From Moniliella sp. 'wahieum' (taxonomy: Eukaryota): a stretch of DNA of 64,000 nt. The notes beneath the pieces are model-generated. The model searched no databases. It saw nothing but the letters and a program-made list of their open reading frames with translations, and was not told the origin of the DNA. This document shows, piece after piece, positions 1 through 10,391 of the stretch (the stretch's first letter is position 1; every line of letters begins with the position of its first letter). The stretch spans positions 1 through 64,000 of the forward strand of contig RSEE01000075.1 in the NCBI GenBank assembly GCA_003971905.1. The letters are read 5' to 3'. Both the position numbers and the translations under genes were made by a program.

Positions 1-22
1 CCTAACCCTAACCCTAACCCTA
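1..22 (+). repeat. Telomeric repeat (CCCTAA)n / (TTAGGG)n, chromosome end
   Basis: CCTAACCCTAACCCTAACCCTA at the very start of the window; C-rich strand on +, as expected for a left end; followed by a telomere-linked helicase. Confidence 0.92.
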
Positions 23-41
23 GGGGAGGGCCGAGGGTAGA

Positions 42-90
42 TAGCGAGCTACCGAAGGGGAGAGAGTTATGCCGAGGCGATAGCTCGCTA
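42..90. repeat. Telomere-adjacent inverted repeat (13-bp arms, 1 mismatch)
   Basis: TAGCGAGCTACCG (42-54) vs CGATAGCTCGCTA (78-90), whose reverse complement is TAGCGAGCTATCG; 23-nt spacer. Confidence 0.75.
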
Positions 91-150
91 CGAAATCGTC
101 CGCTCTATGCAGCATATGCCCTCCGTTTCTCGATTGGACGCACCGTTGAC

Positions 151-216
151 AAGTTACACCCACCCATCCCTAACCCTACCCAACCCAACCCAACCCACCC
201 ACCCTCCGATGGCCTC
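151..216 (+). repeat. Direct repeat copy 1 (DR1) with degenerate telomeric core
   Basis: AAGTTACACCCACCCATCCCTAACCCTACCCAACCCAACCCAACCCACCCACCCTCCGATGGCCTC; hand alignment to 8286-8349 gives 5 mismatches and 2 single-base gaps. Confidence 0.9.
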
Positions 217-404
217 AGGACCGAGTACTACATCATGTTGGGCTATGCCCAAAGGACACCGAATATGGTGTCTGCCAGGTTGATCAGGAGGTGTGCTGAA
301 AAAAAATATTTTTGCGTTGGGTGTGTGGTGGTAGGTGCTGGGGACGGCCTTCCGGGTGGTGGTGGTGGTGGTGGCGGCGGCGGGCGGCGGCGGGCGGCGC
401 GTTG

Positions 405-435
405 CTATTTAATTAAGGCCGCCCTATTTAATTAA
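405..435. other. Tandem AT-rich boxes CTATTTAATTAA x2
   Basis: Exact 12-mers at 405-416 and 424-435, each containing palindromic TTAATTAA, within GGCGGC/CCGCC-rich flanks. Confidence 0.7.
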
Positions 436-545
436 TCCGCCGGCCGCCAACATCTGGTAGGCGGCCGTCACCGTTGGGTGGTCACCGGACGGCCGGCCAG
501 AGGAATCAAATCTGCCCAAATCCTTCCACGTAGAGGGCACGGAGG

Positions 546-2014
546 CTACCCAGGTACTTTCTGCTCCTCTGGCGCCCAATTCAGGAGCGGAATCTTCCCA
601 TCCATTTCGGAACATATGTCTAGAGTTTGAATGATGGTATGCATTGCTATGTTCCTATACATGCTGGATGTTGACGACGGGGAGCAGAGGCTTGATGGGG
701 AGCGCAGGGTTGGTGGCGAGCACAGGCTTGGGGGTGGAGAGCGTGGGTGGGGGGCGCATGCTTGGAGATGATGAGCAGAGGTTGGTGGCGAGCACAAGCT
801 TGGGGATGACCAGCACAGGCTTGGTGCCGAGCACAGGCTTGAAGATGGGGAGCACAGGCTTGGGGATGAGAAGCACAGGCTTGGTGGCGAGCACAATTTT
901 GGCGATGACGAGCACAGGCTTGGAGACGATGAGCACAGACTTGGAGATGATGAGCACCGGCTTGGTGGCGAGCACACGCTTGGGGAGAGAGCGCAGGCTT
1001 GGACATGATGAGCACAAGGTTGATGGCGAGCGCAAGCTTGGACGCAACAGAAAGAGCACGACGTTGAACTGGCCCATGGGCTACTCGAGTTTGAGCATGG
1101 CCCCGACGAGCGTTGGGATGGAGGCAATGACGAGGGAGAACGGAAGGATGAGAGGAAGAACGCTGGTACAAGAGCGGGTCAGATTGAGGCAGGGTGACAT
1201 GGGATGGAATGGAGTGGGATGGGATGGGATGCGTACCGATGCGCTGAACGACGTTGCACATGGCCCAGACGGCGGTTGGGATGAGCATCTCAAGCAGGGT
1301 GACAGCAGGGGCAGCCAAGCGAGTGCACATCGGCCGGCAAAGGTTCGGAAGGGGACGGCATGGCAAGCTGCACGGTCTGCTGGGACGGGGGCGAGGCAAG
1401 TCGGTACATGGCCGAAACGAGCTTCCACATGGCCAAGCCAAGCGCCCAGACAGCCAACGCAAGCGCGGCAGCGGTGGCAGCAGGCGAGGCATGCACAACG
1501 CCATGCACCATCCCATGCTTCCGCTTGCCTGACCCGACGGTGGCGATGGGCGATTGAATGGAGGTGGTGGCCGAGTCAATGGCGGAGATGGCCTGGGCGG
1601 CCGTGGGAGGTAGGAGCGCGGCGCTGGGGCGGGTCGGGAAGCAGGTGGACGTGGGAAAGAGCGCCAGGGTGGTGGGCAGTACCTGCAGAGACCCACAAGC
1701 TGGACAGAAGACACACAAGCGAGAGGGTCAGTGGAGGGCCGGGGTGTGGCAGATGAGGCGCGGGAAGGCCCCGGAGAGCGGAAACGGAGGCTCAAAACGG
1801 GGTGAAACGAGGCAACAGACCTTGGGGGGCGGGCAAAGCCAGCCGGGTTGGGGGGGGGCGTGGTAAGAAACCAACCGCATCGGTCGCCAGGCCAGGTCAT
1901 ACACCCGCCCCTGCCTGAACCAGTTAAAATCTGAATTGCACCGATGCATGGGGTGGGCTGTGCGCCGTCACATTGGCTCGGCCGCCACCGATTAGACCTA
2001 CGCGCTACCACCAC
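546..2014 (-). CDS. Hypothetical spliced repeat-containing protein (boundaries and frame uncertain)
   Basis: Canonical minus-strand intron 1236->1163 (GTACGC...CTGAC...CAG) joins ORF 647..2014 in frame to ORF 546..1127 (SSSPSLC repeats). Confidence 0.4.
681..1041 (+). repeat. Subtelomeric minisatellite of 18/21-bp units with core GAGCACAGGCTTG
   Basis: Repeated GAGCACAGGCTTGGTGGC and GAGCACAGGCTTGGGGATGAT variants; all frames across it give periodic peptides. Confidence 0.9.
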
Positions 2015-2557
2015 CTACTCGTCCAGCGCCACACGCCCGTTCTCCATCATTGTGCGATGCCTTCCCCTGCCCCTGTGCGCGGCTGGGCTGAAAGAGGACG
2101 CCTGGGGCACGCTACGCCACCACTCGTGCTCTGACTCGTCCCATATGGGGGGGCACCGACGCTGTTTGTTCGAACCGTGCGCCGTCCCGACCCAACCTGA
2201 GCCTTTTGTAAGTGGTCTGACCTCAATTCTGGACCCATCCAAAAGCGTATCGTCTGTCCTGCAACGCCTGGTTCCCGTTCATGAACAAAGTGTATCCAAT
2301 TGCCCATCTGGCGACAATCGGGGCTGCTGCTGGCTCTGTCAACAGCGACAAGTAACGCTATGACGGGCATCGCTCCCCGAAATCTTCTGTTCCATCTCCC
2401 TCCCGCGTACTCTATAGATAAAACCCTCGGTTGTGTGTTTGTGGGTAGCCTAGCGACCGGGATGATTTGCATTGTGAACAGACTCGATCCTCCGTTTTGG
2501 AACTCTGACCGGCTCATCCCGCCATGTGTGCTTTCTGTTCAAAGCACTGTGATCTTC

Positions 2558-5500
2558 TCAGTCCGACGAGATGGAGATCGTGTCGGGGGACTGGTGTCTG
2601 AAGTCGCTCCAATCATCGTCACTGTTGAAGCGGCTGTCGGGCGGACTGGTGATGCTGTAGGTGTCACTTGTTTCCAGAGAATGAGAATGGGAACGGAATT
2701 GCTGCTCCATGAAGTACAGGAAGCCAGCAACGAAGAGCGAATGTCTGGCAACCCTCTGACTCCCAAAAACCAAGGGCTCCACCAACTCATTCCAAGGCCA
2801 GTGTGTACGGTCACAGCTTTGGGTTGAAGCTTGAGCTCACGGGGAAACGATACCTTTAGCGGCAGGAGGTGGACACGCACCCGCGCCCAAATCCCGATAA
2901 AGTCTTTCGGCGACAAAGTCGACAGCGCCGCCAGCACGAGTGGAATCAATCGTACCCACTTCGAGGGCGAGGCCATTGCCTGATCGCAGGCGGTTTTGGG
3001 GGCTGTACCTTCCGGTGCCCCTGCACCCCTGCAGACCTGAACCTTGCTCAAGTCCCCGTTCAACATGGGAACGCGCAAAGGCCAAAAGCAGCCATAACAA
3101 GTTCCATGTTTCGGGGCACGGAGATGGCTCCAAGCGATGCAGGCCGGACCTTCCAATAAGGTAATCCGGGGGCAATCCCCAATCGCGTGGTCTAACCAAT
3201 CCGTACCTCCCGAACCAAAGTCTCGCGCGAAACAGAGTGGACAGCATGTAGATTCGGTCGTTTCTTCCGGGCGCACGACCATTTCATACTGGGTAACCAG
3301 ACGACCAAGTTCGGAGGGAGTGACCTTGCACATTTGCTTTTGACCCCCGGGGATCGGCACACGTGTTGTTGACAGTGGCTCTTTGGTGCGCGAACCTCCT
3401 TGTACGTCCTCAGCATCCCGAAGGATCCTTGTCTGCCGCCCAACGCCCTTTTGCCCATCACGAGGCAAAAGGGGCAGTTTCGACTGGCCTGAAATGCCTA
3501 CCCCAGCGCGCCCGTTGCGAACCGGGGAAAGGGAAGCGCCTCCCGGCAAACGGGGACGGTTCTGTCGAACGGTTCTCGGTGGCTGCTTTTGCTGTTGCTG
3601 CTCGTGCGTTGTACGCCTGCGCTTCACTCCCTCGTCATGGCCCGAAGAAGAAGTGGTGGATGGGCGAGCGCGCTTCAAGCGTTCGTGCTCCTTCTGCTGC
3701 GGCCTTGGCTGCTGGTCGGGAGAGGGAACAACCGGAAGCGCAGAGGCCCTGATGAATGATGTGCTTGCTGAACTGGGGCGTGCGGTTGCCGCCCTCGCCG
3801 AGCTACTGTCCAGAGGCTGTGGGAGTGGGGTAGTAAAACTCGCGTCCCCAACAGAGCAGCACGGGCGTTGCAGTCTGCATGCAGTACACAACCTTGCGCC
3901 CTCCACATTCTCACACCGAATCGCCTTGCCGTAGAGGCAGATGTGCACAGCCTCCATCAGGCAAGGCGCGTTTTGCAACCAATGCGCCACAGACCCCACG
4001 TACGTCCGACGCTCATCCGTGCTAGGCCGCTGAGCCTGGTACGCTACCTGGCTTTGGGAGGCAAGAATGATCATCTGACCTTGCTGCCTTGGGCCTCGCG
4101 CGGCCCGTCCGGCTGCTTGGATCAGATCCAGACCGGTAAAGGGAATGCCGACCCAGATCACCTTGTCACAGTCCGGCACATCCAAGGACACGGCCAGGGA
4201 ACTGGTCCCTACCAGAACAACCTCGTCCCCGCGTACGAATTTGGCAAGGTCTTCTGCTCCCTCCTCTTCCTCGGCACCGTGGCTTTCGCCTTCGTCCAAC
4301 GTGTCCGATGCAGGCCGGGGGGGGAGGGGGTAGGTAGTGCTAAAAAGCAAAAAACAAAAGGCAAAGGGTGGGGGTTAGAAAACAACCTTAAAGTCAAAAA
4401 GGGGGTAACAGAAGACGTACGGGTACTCCCAAGCGCTTTGCAATGCTCCTCGTTTGCTGGCGCGAATTGGTGATCACGATCGCGCGGGAGGGGCGGGTGG
4501 ATGAGAAGGGCTGTTGAGCCATCCCTCCCGCGCCTTCAACCGCTGTGACAGGACCCTTACCAAAGTTGCTTCAACCCCGCCGTTGTCTGGCTTTTGGTAG
4601 ACATACTGCACCTCCGGCCGGGGGGAACATGGATTGTGATGCGCGAAGTGAAGCGTCCCTTCTGGCGACAACATCCGCTCCAGCTCTTCGACGATCCCTC
4701 GCGGCGCAGTGGCAGACAGACCCAGGAGGCGTGTATGAGGGAGAAGATTCGAAAGATAGCAAAGATCCTCAAACTCGCGCCGAAAGTTGCGTTGCAAGGG
4801 AATGAGATGCGCCTCCTCCAGCACAATGCGCTCCAGACGACCGCGTTGGGCCAGCGCACGCAGCATGTCCACCAAGGGCTTGTGGGCGAGTTGACTGACT
4901 GTTGCGAGCACCACACGAGTGCCTGGCCGGAGCTGAGGAACCTGTGGGTAGCCACCCGCCAAAGTGCCCTGCCAGCACTCATACAGGATATTGTGCCGGG
5001 CCAAGCGTTGCTCAAAGTCGGCAATCATACTGTGCAACGGCACCACAATCAATTGTACCATCTCAGCCTCAGCAGTCATGGTCGGGATGAGCCACATGGC
5101 CGTCTTGCCTGCGCCCGTCGGCATACACACCATCGACGCCGCCCCGAGGGGTTGGAATAAGATGTGGTGAAGACAAAGAAGTTGTGTATCGGTCAAACCG
5201 CAGGTGCCATACACCCTAACGCCCAACTCGCGTGCTTTGGCCAAACGCGTCCAGGGTGTTGCGGGAAGCAGGCGAGCAGGCGTGTCTGGGCGGAAGCAGG
5301 TTGGAAGCGCAGGAAGGGAAAGCTGTAGCACATTTTGTTGCCAGTCCCGGCTTACGTGCTGCGCAATGGGAAGCATGGCCAAGTCGAGGTACCCAATCTG
5401 GTGGGCGCTTCGACCGTAGGCCAAAGTAGTGGTGCTTGATGAATGTCCTGCCTGGGCCGCCTGACCATGCCATGTCACCGTGCGCTCCCAATCCATCTGT

Positions 5501-8457
5501 TGGTAGCCCGCTGACCCACCCTGCTCACCGCCACCACATCCACCCGAATTGGTCGTAGGGTCCGCGACCCCTGCACATCTCCCAGTAAGGTCCGCGTGCG
5601 TTGCCCTTTGGATAGGGCTGTACAATATTGGCGCCATGCCCTCAAAGTCAAAACCGGAGCCACAAGCTCGTTGGGCCAGTTGGCACGCAGAGCACGGTTG
5701 AGGTGGACCGTCGTCAGCTTGCCCGATTGCGCAGTGACAAACAGTTGGGGTTGGCAAGCTGGCACGGCAGCCGGGTTGCGTGCCAGCTTACGACGCAGAA
5801 TGTCGGTAGCAGGCCGGACGAGGAGCAGGTAGGCTTTGAGGACAAGTGCGGTCGTAGGATCAGGAAAGCGGGCCGAGCGGAGGGCGGCTTCGGGGCTGCT
5901 GTACATGGACGTCTTGCTCCGCCGTAACACGACAAAGAGGTCGTTCCCGGCAATGTAGATGCTGCGCTCGCAGGATAGCTCATTGACGCAACGGACATCA
6001 AGCGTCTCCACGCCGCGTGGAGAGACCCCAGAGCATACATGGATAGCCAAAGCCAGCTGAATGAGGAACGCCTCCTCGAGCTGGAGGACAGACCGGCCAA
6101 GTACCAGCTGGTCGTCTTCGTCCATTTTCTGATTCGACAATGTGCGCGAGAACAGAGAAAATGTCGTGACCTTGTACCAGCCGGCGGTTCTCAGGCTCGC
6201 TCGCAAAAGAGTAGTTCTCGGCCTGGTTGTTGAGCGTGTCTTTCAGATGGTGACCGTGAAGGGAATGCCTTCTGAAGAAATGCCCATACTCTTGCTCGCG
6301 CCCAACGGTGAACAACTTGAGAAATGCACTCTCCAGTCGGGCAAGGACCGTACTTGCAAAAACATACAGTTCGTGGTGCGGAACCACGATCCCATTCGGC
6401 CACGTGGTCTGGTGCGACTGGTAGAAAAACAAGCTGTCGCTCTTCAGCTCCGAGCGGGCCCGGCTGGCATACTGCAGCACGCGCGCCAATTGACCAGCGA
6501 TCCCAGGCGAGTCGACCACAACATAGTTGTTCTGATAGTCGATCAGTTCCGCCCTGGCACGGATCGGGTCCCGCAATTCGGGCTGCCTAAAGGAGCGCAA
6601 ATGAAGCGAGGCAAAGGCCGACAACCGCAAGCACCACATTAACCCAGCCATGAACGGAGACACATGTCTAGGCGCCCTGAAAAGCAAGCAAGGCTGGCCA
6701 TGGCGTGGCCCTTGGGCCGGTAGCATTTCCGGTCCTTCGTCTTTCCATTCCTCGTCCCCGTCGGCATCCGTCGCATCCTCTTCTCCGTTCAGCCGGTCAT
6801 CCAGGTCGGCATTGTCCTGCTCCTCCATAATAGTGCCGATACCTGAAAGGGATACAGGCTTGTGTTGTTCATCTTGCCCCGCCGCCAAGGGGTCTGTGGT
6901 AGGCCGATGCCAAATGCCAAGGCACTTGCTAAAGGCAAAGAGCCAGACCGGGCCAACATCCTCCAGGGCAGGCATCCAGGGTTGCTTCACTACCACATCC
7001 AGCCAAATCCCAATCGATCTAAAGGACAGGTCCTTCTCAAGGAATTCTGCAGCCTCCTTCGGATCCGTAGGGTAAGTTTGGGATACCCTACCTAAGTGAA
7101 GACGTTTCAGGAAACTCTCGAGCGGGTTCTGGGTGGTTTCAAACCCAGCCTGGCGCAATGCATTTGCCAAGGCTTGCTCATGGCTTGCCAAAACCCTTGT
7201 GGCCAGAGGGGCAAGAGGATGCTCTTCGGCTGTACCCTGCGATTTACGAACGGCGACCAGTAACATGGTAAAAAGAAGACAGTCTGCGAGATGGGACGTG
7301 TAATTTTTGAGTGTTGAACAACCGACATCCAACCCGTTCTTTCGTAACTTGGCATCTGGGCCAACGAGCCAGGGAGTGGGCAGGAAATGCTGTAGCTTTT
7401 TGGTACTTTCCAGCAAACCGATGGCCCACGATAGCAGTATCGATGCTGCGTGTCGACGCACCCTCTGCCAGCAGTGAAGGTCGCTCGCCTCAGCCAATTC
7501 CATCAAAGGAACACCTTGGAACAGCCGAGTAACGTGCCACATCCGGGGCCAAGAACCCATTAGGTGCTCTTCATCCACGACACGCGTCAAAGGATCAGCT
7601 CCTGGCATGTGTGGCTCCATAGTTCCCGGAGCGGCTTCTTCGACCTCAAACAAATACCTCAGAGGCCCTCGTCTGATCCGTCCAAGGTCGTTTGCATGCG
7701 GAAGGTCCTGCTCACCCACACGGGCCGGACGGGGGGCTGCTGGACGAGCGGGCGGAGTCTGGCCGGGACCCGGTGGAGCATCAACCTCTTTGGCGGTCAC
7801 CTCAGCGGATTCCGAAGCACCTGTACCCGCACCCCGACGCGCCCCGCGGCCGCTGCTTGTAGACTCCACCGTGCGAACGCCATTTTCAAAGGGTTCGAGA
7901 GCATTCTGTTCCTCATTGTCCTCCTGCTGGTTCCTTGTGGCCGCATCGTTCGTAGGACTCGCCAGCCCAACCGTCGTGGCGGGGTTAGAAAAACCCAGGC
8001 AACTACCATCGGCCCTAAGGATGGCACGCTTGATCCCGTATGCCACATTTTGCGTCGTCATGCGCACGCTGACGTATCGATGGCCGAAAGAACGTTGATG
8101 GTGTTCCTGATTCTCCCGGTAACCCAACACCCGGAAACACTTCCTGCACACAAGGTGCTTATCGCGGACAGGCACCCTATCCACAGGCTCCGTAAGAGGC
8201 AAAGGAAACATATCCTCCGAAGGTGTGCGTGGTTGCATGTTTTCGGGCATGGCACGCAACACGGAGCGGGCCTCTTTGGGTTCAAAAGTTACACCCACCA
8301 TCCCTAACCCTACCCACCCCGACCCACAACACCCACCTCCGATGGCCTCGACGATAGCTCGTGTACCACGTTGGCCCAGGCCGCGCGCCTCGCCGGGTTC
8401 ATCAAAGTCCCCAAGACATGGCAGGGACTCGTCGTTGCGGCCGAGCTGCTGGAGCAC
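2558..8457 (-). CDS. Telomere-linked RecQ-like SF2 helicase (TLH-type) with N-terminal Zn finger and tyrosine-recombinase-like domain; frameshifted in this assembly
   Basis: Joined from ORFs 5998..8457, 5475..6206, 4474..5757 and 2539..4350 plus intron 4420->4340 (GTACGT..CTAAC..TAG). Motifs: CRKC..HH..H; SGVSPRGVE; GHSSSTTTLAY; Walker A MPTGAGKT; LEEAH; LSAT; QAAGRAAR; RQC-like C..C..CTAC. Transcribed towards the telomere. Confidence 0.88.
8286..8349 (+). repeat. Direct repeat copy 2 (DR2) with interstitial telomeric core CCCTAACCCTA
   Basis: AAGTTACACCCACCATCCCTAACCCTACCCACCCCGACCCACAACACCCACCTCCGATGGCCTC, matching 151-216. Confidence 0.9.
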
Positions 8458-10391
8458 CAGTTCGGATGGACCATGGCGGGCGAACGGATAAGCAAAGGGG
8501 TGGATCCACCTCCCTTTAGCACGGCTGCGCCCAACGTCTCTCTCGAATCACAGCTGGCTGATTTCATCAGTCCCTATCCCTGGAATCCGGATCCACGCTT
8601 GCCCGAAGACCACGTTTCCAGCGTTTTTCTCAACACCCCGACCAGCGTCTTTCACCCGAGAGAGGATGGTTTGATCGATGTGGGCGTGCTCCCCTCGTTT
8701 TATTGCCCAAGCTCCGTTGCCTTGCCGCCGCTGCCGCTGCCCAGCCCCTGGACATCTTACCAGTATGTATTGCGGGTCCATCGAGAGGGGAACACGGTGC
8801 TCTTTTTTGGACTTGGAGTTGGGAGGTCGATGATGGTACGTTGCCCCCCTTGTTGGGTGGCCCTCCCTTTGGCTCTGCTACAGTGTTCTAACGCTAACTT
8901 CCTTGTGGTACCGACACCGACAAGACTGGGTGGATACTGGAGAGAAACGCCGTATCCCCTTCAACATGTCGACTGTTTCTTTTGAGTCAGAGAACGCACC
9001 GGAGGTGGTACGCACCATGTGTTTGTGTTGTGCAGAACTTACCTACCCACAATACCGACGCATGCTGGACCAAATCGTGATGTTTTCCGCGGTCTGTTAC
9101 CCGAAGGTGTACCACCTGTATGTCCGACTGTTTAGTATCTGCGTCATACCAAACAAATGTATTAACCCTCCCTTCAGCTCTGGAAAGTACCGCACCAACC
9201 TATCCACATTTAACGTTGAGACTGGGGTCGAGGACAAAGGTGTGGTGACAGATCATCCCTGGTTCAAGAACAAGGTGCCGTACGACGCCCGTCCAGACCT
9301 GAAGAGAGAACTAAAGTATGTCGAATGCATCCTCTGGGGTTTTGGCCGCTAACTCTATCGCAGCTCCGAAGTGTTCAACTGGAAACTGTTTGCGGATGAC
9401 AAGTACGTGTACCTCATTTCGCAGGGCGACCTTATCGCCATGTCACCCGAAACGGGACAAACCGTGTGGTCCTTTAAAGACATGTGGAAGGATGGGAACG
9501 CTAGCCATTTGGACAATGCCGCTCATTTTATCCTCGATCCTGAGCGTATGGATGTCGATGGTCATTCGATGGAACGCGTAGTGGGAGATGGTGTACGTAC
9601 CCCCCCGCCCACCTCGTTTCTTCTTGTTTCTTCTTTTAACAATAGCTGAGCTGACTCGGGATGGAGGTAGCGACCCCATCGATACAGCATTGGCATTGGG
9701 ACGGGAAGCATGGCTGTGCAAGAAGTGTTTTTCGACGCGACTACGGAAACGCTTCTGATCAGTGTGTTCCAAGCCGGGATCCAGCACCCATTTCCGATGG
9801 ACGGCTTCCACGCTCTTTGGCTCATCAAGGATTAAAAAAATGATCGTGTCGGAACGTGTGAGCTGGATGGCCTTTCTGCAGCTGCAGGAGTCCACGTTCC
9901 CTCACCACTGTGGCCATTCCGTGGGCAACGGGCGAATGCTCTTGCCACAGATCAACTACGGCTGGCGATGGAACAGGAAGGGCAAGTCTACCCGGGAGGA
10001 ATCCCACGCGGGTCCAAGCCCGATGGCTTGCTTGTGCCATTTGTCATTGACTGGAAACACGCGCGGAAGCCCGAGGAGATCCGGCTGTGCCGGCTGGTCG
10101 CCGGGCCCGTCTGGCGCTCCCTCTCGCCCGCCGGCTACCACAACATTGTCACCCGGGTTTCCAGCAAGCGCCAGCGGGGCGGGCACGAAGCCTTGCTCTG
10201 GGCCAGCGTGCTCGGAGCAGCTGCGTCTCAAGTTCAATACGTTGACCGCCACCGGCGCGACGTTGATCCTGCTGGACGAGGAGAGCCAGGCGCACCGCGA
10301 TCGGGTCCTAGACGACGGCGGGCTGCAAGTCGGTGCGTTCCTCGTGTGGGACTGGGGCCAGCAGGCCGAGCGCTGGTTGGAGGAGCACTAG
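8342..10391 (+). CDS. Hypothetical protein with PQQ-like beta-propeller blade motif (multi-exon, frameshifted)
   Basis: Chain of protein-like ORFs 8371..8985, 8903..9352, 9371..9649 and 9968../9762..10391; DDKYVYLISQGDLIAMSPETGQTVWSF resembles a propeller blade; ends in FLVWDW..stop at 10391. Confidence 0.5.

Larger units (their letters stand above)
151..8349 (-). mobile_element. Candidate direct-repeat-bounded subtelomeric element encoding a tyrosine recombinase/RecQ helicase fusion
   Basis: DR1 and DR2 lie 8135 bp apart and enclose a minisatellite, a second spliced gene and the recombinase-helicase gene; mobility is inferred, not shown. Confidence 0.5.

Noticed and set aside
681..1041. CRISPR-like array
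   Set aside because: Contiguous degenerate units with no unique spacers, in a eukaryotic context
644..1756. 370-aa + strand ORF with STGL repeats
   Set aside because: Open because of the frame-preserving minisatellite and high GC; splice signals point to the minus strand
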